DNA of 24,000 bases from Caldibacillus debilis DSM 16016 (GTDB lineage Bacteria > Bacillota > Bacilli > Bacillales > Caldibacillaceae), in the NCBI RefSeq assembly GCF_000383875.1, contig NZ_KB912916.1:19955-43954 (forward strand), read 5' to 3'. The number at the start of each line of letters is the position of its first letter. Positions within the stretch are counted from its first letter, which is position 1. This document shows positions 15,489-24,000 of the stretch, in pieces. A model generated the notes under the pieces. It saw only the letters and a program-made list of their open reading frames with translations, was not told the DNA's origin and ran no database searches. Position numbers and translations under genes: made by a program.

Positions 15489-16325
15489 ATGTCTCTGTCA
15501 AATTTTTTTTCGCATTCCACCATCTTCGAATACATATCCAGCATCATTGATATATTGGTTGTCTGGTATTTTATATATAAAATTTTTATGGTCGTCCGCG
15601 GAACAAAGGCCGTCCAGCTGATCAACGGCATTTTTGTCATCCTCATTTTGAAGGGGGTCAGCGAATTTCTCGGTCTGCACACGCTGCTTTGGCTGATCGA
15701 CCAGGTCATCGATTACGGATTGTTGGCGATCATCATCATTTTCCAGCCTGAACTGAGGCGGGCGCTGGAGCAGCTCGGGAGGGGGAAGATCTTCACCCGC
15801 GTGCGCCAAAAGGCGGAGGAACAACAGGAAAAAATGGTCGAGGCCATCGTCAAGGCCAGCGAATACATGGCGAAACGGCGGATCGGCGCCCTGATCTCCA
15901 TCGAACAGGAAACCGGCCTGACCGATTATATTGAAACCGGGATCCCTTTAAACTCCCAAGTTTCATCGGAATTGCTGATCAATATCTTCATCCCGAACAC
16001 GCCGTTGCATGACGGGGCGGTCATCATCAGCAACAACAAGATCGCCGCCGCGGCCTGTTATTTGCCGCTGTCGGAAAGCCCCTTTTTGTCGAAGGAGCTG
16101 GGGACAAGGCACCGGGCGGCCCTCGGCATCAGCGAAGTCACCGACAGCATCACCATCGTCGTCTCCGAGGAAACCGGAAAGATTTCCCTGGCGAAAAACG
16201 GCGAACTGCATCGGGATCTATCCTTGGACGCACTCCGTGAAATGTTGAGGAATAAACTGAATAAAGATGTGGAACCCCAAGCGACGCCAACTATTTGGAG
16301 CAAGTGGGTGAAGAAAAATGGATAA
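15489..16325 (+). CDS. cdaA: Diadenylate cyclase CdaA (c-di-AMP synthase)
   Basis: The ATG at 15489 follows GGAGGA (the ORF track start at 15411 has no SD and extends into the repeats). N-terminal TM helices. DAC motifs LHDGAVII and GTRHRAALG. Confidence 0.92.
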   Translation: MSLSNFFSHSTIFEYISSIIDILVVWYFIYKIFMVVRGTKAVQLINGIFVILILKGVSEFLGLHTLLWLIDQVIDYGLLAIIIIFQPELRRALEQLGRGKIFTRVRQKAEEQQEKMVEAIVKASEYMAKRRIGALISIEQETGLTDYIETGIPLNSQVSSELLINIFIPNTPLHDGAVIISNNKIAAAACYLPLSESPFLSKELGTRHRAALGISEVTDSITIVVSEETGKISLAKNGELHRDLSLDALREMLRNKLNKDVEPQATPTIWSKWVKKNG

Positions 16326-17550
16326 AATATTTGGAAGGCTGATGGAAAGCAAATGGTTCATCCGGATCTTCGCTTTGGTGATCGCAATCCTGCTCTATTT
16401 GTCCGTATCCGTGGATCAAAGGGGGTCCAATTACAGCGCCGGCAGCAACAATTTCTCGACGACGGTCGAGGATGTTCCGGTGGAGGCGTATTATGACCAA
16501 GAGAATTTCGTCGTGACGGGCCTGCCGGAAACGGCGGACGTTCATCTGGAAGGAAATTCCAGCATCGTGCAAATCACGAAAAGTCTGCGGGATTTCACCG
16601 TCTATGTGGATTTGACCAACGCACCGATCGGCATTCAAAAAGCGGAACTGAAAGTGAAAAACATCTCGGATAAGTTAAAAGTTCGAATCGATCCCGCCGT
16701 GGTCACCGTCAATGTCCAGGAAAAGGTGACAAAAGAATTTTCCGTGGAACCGGAATTCAACAAAAATGCCCTGGAGGAAGGATATACGGCGGAAGAACCG
16801 CTGGTCGAACCGGGGAAAGTCAGCGTTACGGGCGGAAAGGACGTCATTGACCAAATCGCCTACGTCCGGGCGGTCGTCAATGCCGACGCTCCGGTGAACG
16901 AAACATTTACCCGGAAGGCGGACGTCCTGGTGCTGGACAAAAACATGAACAAACTGGACGTGATCGTGGAGCCGAACCAGGTTTCCGTCACCGTTCCCGT
17001 CGCCAGCCCCTCAAAGACCGTCCCGGTCGTCATCAAGCAGACCGGTTCGCCGAAAGAAGGAATTATTATTAAAAGCATCGAACCATCTATAAGGGAAGTC
17101 ATCCTGTTCGGAAAGAAGAAGGTGTTGGATGAAACGCCAAGCATTGAAATCCCGATTGATGTGAGCAATATTGAACGGGATACCAAGATCAACATTCCCA
17201 TCAAGCTGAGGGAGGGGATTACGGCGGCATCGCCGGAAACAATCACCGTCCATATATCCGTTGAAAAAGAGGAAACGAAGGAAATCTCCAATATACCGAT
17301 CCGTTATAACGGGCTGGCGAAGGGTTACGGGCTGTCTTTCGTTCAGCCGGTCGGCGGGGAAACATCCCTCACGGTCAAGGGTCCCGCCCATGTTTTGAAA
17401 GATCTCCAGGCGGATGATTTTGAATTGTTCATCGATGTGAACGGTTTGACGGAAGGCAGGCATGAAGTCGACATCCAGGTGGAAGGGCCTGAGGATGTGA
17501 AATGGGAGCTCGTTTTGAAGACGGCCATCATCCAAATCGCGAAAACATGA
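16318..17550 (+). CDS. cdaR: CdaA regulator CdaR (YbbR-domain repeat protein)
   Basis: Overlaps the cdaA stop by 8 nt. N-terminal TM segment followed by repeated beta-rich YbbR-like modules. Conserved position between cdaA and glmM. Confidence 0.85.
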   Translation: MDKIFGRLMESKWFIRIFALVIAILLYLSVSVDQRGSNYSAGSNNFSTTVEDVPVEAYYDQENFVVTGLPETADVHLEGNSSIVQITKSLRDFTVYVDLTNAPIGIQKAELKVKNISDKLKVRIDPAVVTVNVQEKVTKEFSVEPEFNKNALEEGYTAEEPLVEPGKVSVTGGKDVIDQIAYVRAVVNADAPVNETFTRKADVLVLDKNMNKLDVIVEPNQVSVTVPVASPSKTVPVVIKQTGSPKEGIIIKSIEPSIREVILFGKKKVLDETPSIEIPIDVSNIERDTKINIPIKLREGITAASPETITVHISVEKEETKEISNIPIRYNGLAKGYGLSFVQPVGGETSLTVKGPAHVLKDLQADDFELFIDVNGLTEGRHEVDIQVEGPEDVKWELVLKTAIIQIAKT

Positions 17551-17618
17551 GATGGAAGCGAAAACCGGATAAGCTTTTGAAGCATTTCAACAATGGCATG
17601 GAAAAGGAGAGAAACTGA

Positions 17619-18968
17619 ATGGGTAAGTATTTTGGTACTGACGGAGTTCGCGGAGTCGCCAACAAAGATTTGACGCCGGAATTGGCATTTCGTTTGGGCC
17701 GGTTCGGAGGGTACGTCTTAACGAAAAACAAAAAAAGGCCGAAGGTTTTGATCGGCAGGGACACGAGAATTTCCGGGCTCATGCTGGAAGGGGCCCTCGT
17801 TTCCGGCCTGTTGTCCATCGGCGCGGAAGTGATGCGCCTGGGCGTAATCACCACTCCGGGGGTGGCCTATTTGACCAAAGCGCTGGGGGCGGAAGCGGGG
17901 ATCATGATTTCCGCCTCCCACAATCCGGTGGAAGACAACGGCATCAAATTTTTCGGTCCGGACGGATTCAAGCTTTCCGACGAGCAGGAAAATGAAATCG
18001 AGGAGCTGCTCGAAAGAGGGGAAGACAATCTGCCCCGCCCGATCGGGAAGGATCTCGGACAAGTGATCGATTACTTCGAAGGCGGGCAAAAATATATCCA
18101 ATACTTAAAACAGACGGTGGATGATGACTTCTCCGGCTTACATATCGCCTTGGATTGCGCAAACGGCGCGACCTATTCCTTGGCCAACTATTTGTTCGCC
18201 GATCTGGACGCGGATCTTTCCACGATGGCCGCATCCCCCGACGGACTGAACATCAACGACGGGGTCGGTTCCACCCATCCGGAAGCGTTGGCGGAATTTG
18301 TCCTGGAAAAGGGAGCCGATTGCGGCCTCGCCTTCGACGGCGACGGCGACCGGGTGATCGCCGTCGATGAAAACGGGGAAATCGTGGACGGCGACCAAAT
18401 CATGTATATTTGCGGCAAATATTTGAAGCAGCAAGGCCGGCTGAAAAACCATACGATCGTGTCCACGGTCATGAGCAACCTCGGATTTTATAAGGCGTTG
18501 GAACGGGAAGGGATCGTCAGTGTCCGCACGCCGGTCGGCGACCGGTACGTGGCCGAAGAGATGCGGAAGAACGGATACAATCTCGGGGGCGAACAATCCG
18601 GCCACATCATCTTCTTCGACTACAACACGACCGGCGACGGCATGCTGACCGGCCTGCAGCTGGTCAACATCATGAAACAGACGAAAAAGCCTTTGTCCGA
18701 ATTGGCGAAGGAAGTGAAAAAATATCCGCAAAAACTGGTCAACGTAAAGGTCACGGATAAAAATAAGATCATGGAAAACGAACGGGTCAAACAAGTCATC
18801 CGGGAAGTGGAACAAGAGATGGGAACAGACGGCCGGGTATTGGTCCGGCCCTCCGGCACGGAACCCCTGATCCGGGTGATGGTCGAAGCCAGCACGAATG
18901 AAGCGTGCGAAAAATTTGTCAACCGCATCGTTCAAGTTGTCGAAGAAGAAGCGGGAACAAACGAATAA
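17619..18968 (+). CDS. glmM: Phosphoglucosamine mutase
   Basis: [27 protein letters not shown]-terminus. Phosphoserine loop SASHNP. GDGDR metal loop. Confidence 0.95.
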   Translation: MGKYFGTDGVRGVANKDLTPELAFRLGRFGGYVLTKNKKRPKVLIGRDTRISGLMLEGALVSGLLSIGAEVMRLGVITTPGVAYLTKALGAEAGIMISASHNPVEDNGIKFFGPDGFKLSDEQENEIEELLERGEDNLPRPIGKDLGQVIDYFEGGQKYIQYLKQTVDDDFSGLHIALDCANGATYSLANYLFADLDADLSTMAASPDGLNINDGVGSTHPEALAEFVLEKGADCGLAFDGDGDRVIAVDENGEIVDGDQIMYICGKYLKQQGRLKNHTIVSTVMSNLGFYKALEREGIVSVRTPVGDRYVAEEMRKNGYNLGGEQSGHIIFFDYNTTGDGMLTGLQLVNIMKQTKKPLSELAKEVKKYPQKLVNVKVTDKNKIMENERVKQVIREVEQEMGTDGRVLVRPSGTEPLIRVMVEASTNEACEKFVNRIVQVVEEEAGTNE

Positions 18969-18984
18969 AAGGGACGGGAAGCCG

Positions 18985-19030
18985 CCTGAAGGGCCCTCCG
19001 GGAAAGCAGGGCCTTTCAGGCCGTTTTTTT
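18985..19030 (+). terminator. Intrinsic terminator after glmM
   Basis: CCTGAAGGGCCCT (18985-18997) pairs with AGGGCCTTTCAGG (19008-19020, one G-U pair), followed by CCG plus T7. Confidence 0.8.
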
Positions 19031-19072
19031 ATATATCGGCAACCTTTTTCCGGTTTAAATATCGATGCGGGT

Positions 19073-19094
19073 CCGCAGGAAAATTTTCCTGCGG
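19073..19094. repeat. Perfect 22-nt palindrome CCGCAGGAAAATTTTCCTGCGG
   Basis: Self-complementary over all 22 nt. Related copies are at 2453-2475 (CCGCAGAAAATTTTTCCGGCAGG) and 13831-13863 (CCGCAG..AATTTTCCCTGCGG). Confidence 0.8.
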
Positions 19095-19477
19095 CGGAGG
19101 GAGCTGCGCTGGCCGAATCCTGCGGGGGTGAAAAGATGCCCTGCGGAAAAGATGCCCAGTAGGGCACGAGCCGTACCGGCCGGTTTGGCGGGGTTGTCCT
19201 GCGATGACGGGAGCCGTGCGTCCTGCTCCTTGTTGGAATGAAGAAAATTTTTTCGGTGATAGGTGTCGTTCCCGCCCCCTTCTGGAAGAAAGAGGATGTT
19301 TTATGGCGATGGCCGCCCCGGTCCCCGTCCTTTTGGCCGTTTCAAACTCCCGGTTTTTCCCGCTTTCTTTCCGCTTTCGCTTTCGATTTTATTTTCAGGA
19401 CCGGCCGTTCCCCCTGACCCCTTCCCCGCAAAAGAATATACTAATTAAAAGCGGTTTTTTCCCTTTTGCAACGGAAT

Positions 19478-19571
19478 TTTGGGAGAAAAACAATCCGGCT
19501 CCAACGAAAAAGGGCGGGGATGTTATTGCCACGAATGTGAAAATTATTGGAGAAAACAATCCGGCCCCAAC
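19478..19571 (+). repeat. Pair of ~26-nt direct repeats about 66 nt apart
   Basis: TGGGAGAAAAACAATCCGGCTCCAAC (ending 19505) versus TTGGAGAAAACAATCCGGCCCCAAC (19547-19571). Confidence 0.7.
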
Positions 19572-19838
19572 TCCTCCGTGAAAGGTCGGCATCCGCGCCG
19601 GAAAATAGGACGGAACCTACACAGGCATTTTGGAAAGCATGGACAGCGGCGAAAGGGGAAGGGAGCCCGTCGGCGAAATGGTCCGAAGCCAATTTCCCGA
19701 TCATGGGGCGGACGCAAGACCGGCTGCGGCCGTCATTCATCCGGAAAACCAGGCTTTCCGGCCAATGCAGGAACCTCGCCACAGCCCCCCTTTATCCGCA
19801 ACAAAAGGCTACCGGCGGCGGATTGGGACGCCGCCCTA

Positions 19839-19866
19839 TTGACGGGGGAAAAACAACTGTTATAAG
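19839..19866 (+). promoter_or_regulatory. Sigma-A promoter of glmS (extended -10)
   Basis: TTGACG (19839-19844), a 16-nt spacer containing TGt, then TATAAG (19861-19866). It lies about 55 nt upstream of the ribozyme cleavage site. Confidence 0.6.
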
Positions 19867-19914
19867 ATTAATTTGCTTTTAATTTTTTCCGGAAAGGAGG
19901 GCAGTTTTTCATTT

Positions 19915-20094
19915 TTTTCAAGCGCCAGAACTAGGCCCTGGGACGTGCAGGGGCTTAGTTGACGAGGTGGAGGTTTATCGAGGTGTTCGGCGGATGCCTC
20001 CCGGCTGTGCACACGCAGTCGAGAGCCATCTTCCCAAAACATTAAGGCGACTTAATGGACAAAGGAAGATGGAAGGTGTGCGAACGAAAACACC
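19915..20094 (+). ncRNA. glmS ribozyme: glmS ribozyme (GlcN6P-activated self-cleaving riboswitch)
   Basis: A^GCGCCAGAACU core at 19921 onward, then CUUAGUUGACGAGGUGGAGGUUUAUCGA and UUCGGCGGAUGCCUCCCGGCUG. These closely match the B. subtilis glmS ribozyme. Located directly upstream of glmS. Confidence 0.93.
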
Positions 20095-20166
20095 ATACGG
20101 AGATAAGGGGGCAAGATTGCTCCCTTAACGGCTTCTTGTCCCCCTTATGACAAGGAGGAAAGAAGT

Positions 20167-21969
20167 ATGTGCGGAATCGTCGGTTACATCGGAACGGATG
20201 ATTCGAAAGAAATTTTGCTGAGAGGCTTGGAGAAGCTCGAATACCGGGGCTATGACTCGGCGGGGATCGCCCTGTTAAATCAGGAAGGCATCCATATTTT
20301 CAAAGAAAAGGGGCGGATTCAAGATCTGCGCCGGGTGGTCGACCCCGCCATCCAAGCCGGCGTCGGAATCGGGCATACCCGGTGGGCGACCCATGGAAAA
20401 CCGAGCAAAACGAACGCCCATCCCCATCAAAGCGCCTCCGGGAGATTCGTCATCGTCCATAACGGGGTGATCGAAAACTACGAGCAGTTAAAGAACGAAT
20501 ATTTGGCGGATGTGCCGTTACAAAGTGATACGGATACGGAAGTGGTCGTGCAGCTCGTCGAACGTTTCGCCAATGAGGGGCTTCCGGCATTTGACGCTTT
20601 CCGCCGGACGTTGAAGCTGTTGAAAGGTTCCTACGCCTTTGCCTTGCTGGATAAGGAAGACAAGGAGACCATTTATGTGGCCAAAAATAAAAGCCCGCTC
20701 CTTGTCGGACTGGGCGACGGCTTCAAGGTGGTCGCTTCGGACGCGATGGCCATGCTGCAGCTGACGAACCAATTTGTGGAGCTGATGGATCAAGAAACGG
20801 TCATCGTGCGGAAAGATCACATCGAAATTTACGCGTTGGACGGGACGAAAATCGAGCGAAAACCGTTTACGGCCCAGCTGGATGCCTCCGATATCGAAAA
20901 GGGGACGTATCCGCATTATATGTTAAAAGAAATTGAGGAACAGCCTTTGGTCATCCGCAAAATCATCCAAGCATACCGGAACGAACGGGGGGAACTGGCC
21001 GTCGATCCGGAAATCCAGCGGGCGCTCCATGAGGCGGACCGGATCTATATCATCGCCTGCGGCACGAGTTACCACGCCGGATTGGTCGGAAAGCACTATT
21101 TGGAAAAACTGGCGAAAATTCCGGCCGAAGTGCATCTGTCCAGCGAATTCGCTTATCAAATGCCGCTTATTTCCGAGAAACCCTTGTTCATCTTTATTTC
21201 CCAAAGCGGGGAAACCGCGGACAGCCGCGCCGTCCTGGTGAAAGTGAAAGAGCTCGGCTACCCGGCGCTGACGATCACCAACGTGCCCGGCTCCACCCTG
21301 TCCCGGGAAGCGGACTATACCCTGCTTTTGCATGCCGGACCGGAGATCGCCGTCGCTTCGACCAAGGCATATACCGCCCAGCTGGCCGTTCTTGCCGTGC
21401 TCGCTGAAGTGATCGCCAAAAGCCGTTCGCGGCAAAGCGGCGTGGATATGGCCCGGGAACTGGGCATCGTGGCCAACGCGATGGAAACGGTATGCGGAAG
21501 CAAGGACGAATTTGAACAGATCGCCCGCGAGTATTTGGATTCCGCCCAGAACGCCTTCTTCATCGGGCGCACCTTGGACTATGCCGTTTGCCTGGAAGGC
21601 GCGTTGAAGCTGAAAGAAATCTCTTATATTCACGCGGAAGGCTTTGCCGCCGGCGAACTGAAGCACGGCCCGATCGCTTTGATCGAGGACGGCACGCCGG
21701 TTTTCGCCCTGGCCACCCAGGCCAGCGTCAACTTGAACATCCGCGGCAATGTCAAAGAGGTCGTCGCCCGGGGCGCAAATCCGTGCATCATCTCCATGGA
21801 CGGCCTGGTCCAAGACGGGGACCGGTTCGTCCTGCCCGAAGTCCATCCGTTACTGACACCTCTTATCTCTGTCATTCCTTTGCAATACATCGCCTACTAC
21901 GCCGCCCTGCACCGCGGCTGTGACGTGGATAAACCGCGCAACCTGGCCAAATCGGTGACGGTGGAGTAG
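20167..21969 (+). CDS. glmS: Glutamine--fructose-6-phosphate aminotransferase
   Basis: AAGGAGG SD. MCGIVGY N-terminal Cys nucleophile. Two SIS-domain regions. C-terminal KSVTVE. 600 aa. Confidence 0.97.
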   Translation: MCGIVGYIGTDDSKEILLRGLEKLEYRGYDSAGIALLNQEGIHIFKEKGRIQDLRRVVDPAIQAGVGIGHTRWATHGKPSKTNAHPHQSASGRFVIVHNGVIENYEQLKNEYLADVPLQSDTDTEVVVQLVERFANEGLPAFDAFRRTLKLLKGSYAFALLDKEDKETIYVAKNKSPLLVGLGDGFKVVASDAMAMLQLTNQFVELMDQETVIVRKDHIEIYALDGTKIERKPFTAQLDASDIEKGTYPHYMLKEIEEQPLVIRKIIQAYRNERGELAVDPEIQRALHEADRIYIIACGTSYHAGLVGKHYLEKLAKIPAEVHLSSEFAYQMPLISEKPLFIFISQSGETADSRAVLVKVKELGYPALTITNVPGSTLSREADYTLLLHAGPEIAVASTKAYTAQLAVLAVLAEVIAKSRSRQSGVDMARELGIVANAMETVCGSKDEFEQIAREYLDSAQNAFFIGRTLDYAVCLEGALKLKEISYIHAEGFAAGELKHGPIALIEDGTPVFALATQASVNLNIRGNVKEVVARGANPCIISMDGLVQDGDRFVLPEVHPLLTPLISVIPLQYIAYYAALHRGCDVDKPRNLAKSVTVE

Positions 21970-22057
21970 GTGGAGGAAAAAATTTATAATGTTGTAGAAA
22001 GCTAATAAATCCCGTCCCGGGAAAATAAAATCTGTCCGGGGACAATAAAAAATGTCC

Positions 22058-22114
22058 AAGAAGCCGAGCGTGGTAGGGGTTTGCCCTGATCCATGCTGGG
22101 CTTCTTCTTTTGTT
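22058..22114 (+). terminator. Intrinsic terminator after glmS (long extended hairpin)
   Basis: AAGAAGCC (22058-22065) pairs with GGCTTCTT (22099-22106). Internal pairing (AGCGTGG/CCATGCT, AGGG/CCCT). Followed by CTTTTGTT. Confidence 0.65.
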
Positions 22115-22426
22115 GAAAGTGATACAGGGGAAAGGAAAGAACATTGGTATAACAGGCAATTTCCCAATATCCCCCACCCCGCTATGTTCCGATTGAGGTG
22201 CACTCAAAATATTTTCCTGGACATTTCCCAACGTTCCATTTCCCTAACCCCTTCTCCCAGATCCCCTAATTTCTTCCCATCAGACGGACACTTTTTATTT
22301 TTCTGCTTTTTGGTTCCAATTGGTTCCTCAAGCCTGAGAACCCTTGCGGCTCTAGGAAAGAGAGGGTTTGAGGGGGAGGGGAGGACAGGAATTATTTTCT
22401 CTTGACATCGTAGGATATCAATATGG

Positions 22427-22479
22427 GAAGTTTACGTTCCGTTCGGTTTGATTGCTTAGAGGGGGCAGGGGAAAAGGAT
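22427..22479 (+). repeat. Direct repeat copy 1 (upstream of cupin gene)
   Basis: GGAAGTTTACGTTCCGTTCGGTTTGATTGCTTAGAGGGGGCAGGGGAAAAGGA. About 45 of 53 positions match copy 2, with the invariant core GTTCGGTTTGATTGC. Confidence 0.75.
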
Positions 22480-22663
22480 TGTCACATGGGATACCACAAT
22501 AGCTGGCTTACCTTTTCGGGTTTCGTGGCGATGAATGGCCACCGCATCTTGAGGGCGTCCTCACGATGATTCCGTTTGCCCATGTGCTTTTTCACGTCTG
22601 ACTGGGCAATTACATAAAATAGTCGCAGATTCCGCAATCCAAGCGTGAGGAGCGTGAACGCCA

Positions 22664-23239
22664 TTGAATCCGAATTACGCCCATTTGTATATTCCCACGC
22701 AGTGGCCCTATCCGATGTCCTGTTACTGCCCCCCTTATTATGACGGGTGGAACTGGCCGCCGTATGCTTACGGGATGCAACAACATGTAAGGAATGACAG
22801 GATTCCTCCAATCGAATTGAGAGATTACGGCGGAAAACCGTTTGTTGTCAATATTGAGAGAGCCGCCGAGCAAAATCAAAATTACCGAACCGCATTATGG
22901 ACAGGAAAACATTTGCAAGTGACGTTGATGAGCATTGAGGTAGGAGGAGATATCGGACTGGAAGTTCATCCGAATGTGGACCAGTTTATTCGTATTGAAC
23001 AAGGACAGGGACTTGTGCAGATGGGAAAACGAAAAGACCGGCTGGATTTGGAAAGAAGCGTGTCCGAAGATGACGCCATCATGATTCCAGCTGGGACGTG
23101 GCATAATGTGACCAATACAGGGCATGTTCCCTTGAAGCTGTATTCCATTTATGCTCCGCCCGAGCATCCTTTTGGCACGGTTCACAGGACGAAAGCCGAG
23201 GCCATGGCCGCTCATCGGCAATGGACAGCGTCGTTCTGA
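22664..23239 (+). CDS. Cupin-domain protein with Pro/Tyr/Trp-rich N-terminal extension
   Basis: TTG start 11 nt after GAGGAG (internal ATG alternatives exist). The C-terminal ~130 aa show a cupin pattern (GGDIGLEVHPNVDQFIRIEQG ... IPAGTWHNVTNTG). A terminator follows. Confidence 0.8.
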   Translation: MNPNYAHLYIPTQWPYPMSCYCPPYYDGWNWPPYAYGMQQHVRNDRIPPIELRDYGGKPFVVNIERAAEQNQNYRTALWTGKHLQVTLMSIEVGGDIGLEVHPNVDQFIRIEQGQGLVQMGKRKDRLDLERSVSEDDAIMIPAGTWHNVTNTGHVPLKLYSIYAPPEHPFGTVHRTKAEAMAAHRQWTASF

Positions 23240-23276
23240 CACCAAAGCACAAAAAGGCTGACGTGAACCAACGTGT

Positions 23277-23315
23277 CGCAGATCTCCCGAACTGGGTTGA
23301 TCTGCGGCTTTTTTT
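23277..23315 (+). terminator. Intrinsic terminator after cupin gene
   Basis: CGCAGATC (23277-23284) pairs with GATCTGCG (23299-23306), extendable to 10 bp, followed by GC plus T7. Confidence 0.8.
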
Positions 23316-23463
23316 AAAACAGGATAGAGATGGCAAAAGCTCCGTTTGCATGAAAACTTTGCTACAGAGGCTTCTTCGATGAACAGGGGAATGTCAGCGC
23401 ACACCGGTAGATTGGCCCGATTACCTTTCGCCTTGCCCTCATTAGTTTCCTGCCACAAAAATT

Positions 23464-23514
23464 GGCAGTTAAGTTCAGTTCGGTTTGATTGCGTAGAGGA
23501 GGAAGGGGAAAGGA
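23464..23514 (+). repeat. Direct repeat copy 2 (downstream of cupin gene)
   Basis: GGCAGTTAAGTTCAGTTCGGTTTGATTGCGTAGAGGAGGAAGGGGAAAGGA, in the same orientation as copy 1. Confidence 0.75.
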
Positions 23515-24000
23515 CACGAAACTTCCAGGAATGCCAGGCTGACTTTATCATTGGCATTCGCCAGCAACCATAACGTGATAGTGTAAAAAATGGATATTTG
23601 AAGAAACGAGGGGACGGTTTTGAAGGACAAAAATCAGAACGGATTCGGGGCAGGCATTTTCGATTGCTTGGTATGTTTTTGTCCATTTTTCTAGCCATTG
23701 CTGCAACCCTGTGGTTCACCAGAGACAATTTATTTTACTAGTTTAATTTCTCCAATATCGGGTTTTCGGTTGCGGCAACCGCGATTTCAATTGCCGGGCA
23801 AACGTCGTTTTGCCGCTGTAGATTTTTCCGACTGTTGTCCCACCCGTCTGCTCCTCCGCCTCTTCCTCGCGAGCTGTCCATTGGACGCCGCTCTGCTTAA
23901 GAAGGGTCAAGATTGGAAAATCTATTACAGAAGGGGATTGAAGGGGAAAGGGGAGGGGCGACCGTCCCAATGGCACGCATTTTTTGTTACAATAAATAGG

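Noticed and set aside
19073-19094. GGAAAATTTTCC core considered as a CodY box (AATTTTCWGAAAATT).
   Set aside because: Only the permuted half-site arrangement matches. The centre and flanks do not fit the consensus.
18898-19882. Many overlapping ORFs (60-128 aa) in all frames of the glmM-glmS spacer, for example 19204..19581 and 19479..19865.
   Set aside because: The translations are Arg/Gly/Pro-rich with no recognisable domains or SDs, and the ORFs overlap one another. The openness reflects stop-codon-poor GC-rich sequence rather than genes.
21970-21996. GGAGGA followed by ATG-TTG-TAG immediately after the glmS stop (a two-codon mini-ORF).
   Set aside because: It is too short to be meaningful and is probably a coincidence in the 3' UTR.
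22482-22811. 109-aa minus-strand ORF (…VKKHMGKRNHREDALKMRWPFIATKPEKV…) considered as a transposase or IS remnant next to the direct repeat.
   Set aside because: I could not match it to any transposase family motif (no DDE or HTH signature). It overlaps the cupin gene start on the opposite strand.
23743-23976. 77-aa minus-strand ORF containing a Walker-A-like GKIYSGKTTFARQL segment, possibly a P-loop NTPase or kinase fragment.
   Set aside because: The ORF stops 17 aa after the motif and the upstream part is low-complexity, read from the G-rich repeat. At most it is a gene remnant, and that cannot be supported without a database search.

Overview
The window looks like a chromosomal segment from a Bacillaceae-type Firmicute. 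The right half has the Bacillus subtilis gene order sigW-rsiW-cdaA-cdaR-glmM-(glmS ribozyme)-glmS. A Heyndrickxia/Weizmannia coagulans-like organism is only a guess from sequence style. From left to right the window holds: the glyoxylate-shunt genes aceB (5' end outside the window) and aceA; a frameshifted DUF4440 gene on the minus strand; a tightly packed nine-gene plus-strand operon (about 3135-11950); a repeat-rich spacer; arginase; the sigW to glmS block; and a cupin gene in a repeat-laden region. The operon has a strong sigma-A promoter that overlaps a perfect cre box, followed by an inverted repeat. It combines an unusually short amidase-signature protein with homologues of all eight genes of the uncharacterised E. 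coli yhfZ-yhfY-yhfX-yhfW-php-yhfU-yhfT-yhfS cluster. These are an HTH regulator, a PRD-only protein, a DUF2620 protein, a polytopic membrane protein, a phosphotriesterase-homology hydrolase, two PLP enzymes and a phosphopentomutase-like mutase. No substrate is known for this module, so it is the best candidate here for an undescribed system. Other points worth a second look are three tandem ~31-nt repeats plus a hairpin in the cdaA (c-di-AMP synthase) leader, a premature TAA that removes the last 8 codons of sigW, and a 0.9-kb stop-codon-poor GC-rich spacer between glmM and the glmS promoter and ribozyme. There is also a dispersed CCGCAG-(A/T)n-CTGCGG palindrome family, a region of six 21-nt periodic repeats, and ~52-nt direct repeats flanking the cupin gene. 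I found no tRNA, rRNA, CRISPR array or intact transposase. All homology statements rest on motif recognition by eye, not on database searches.
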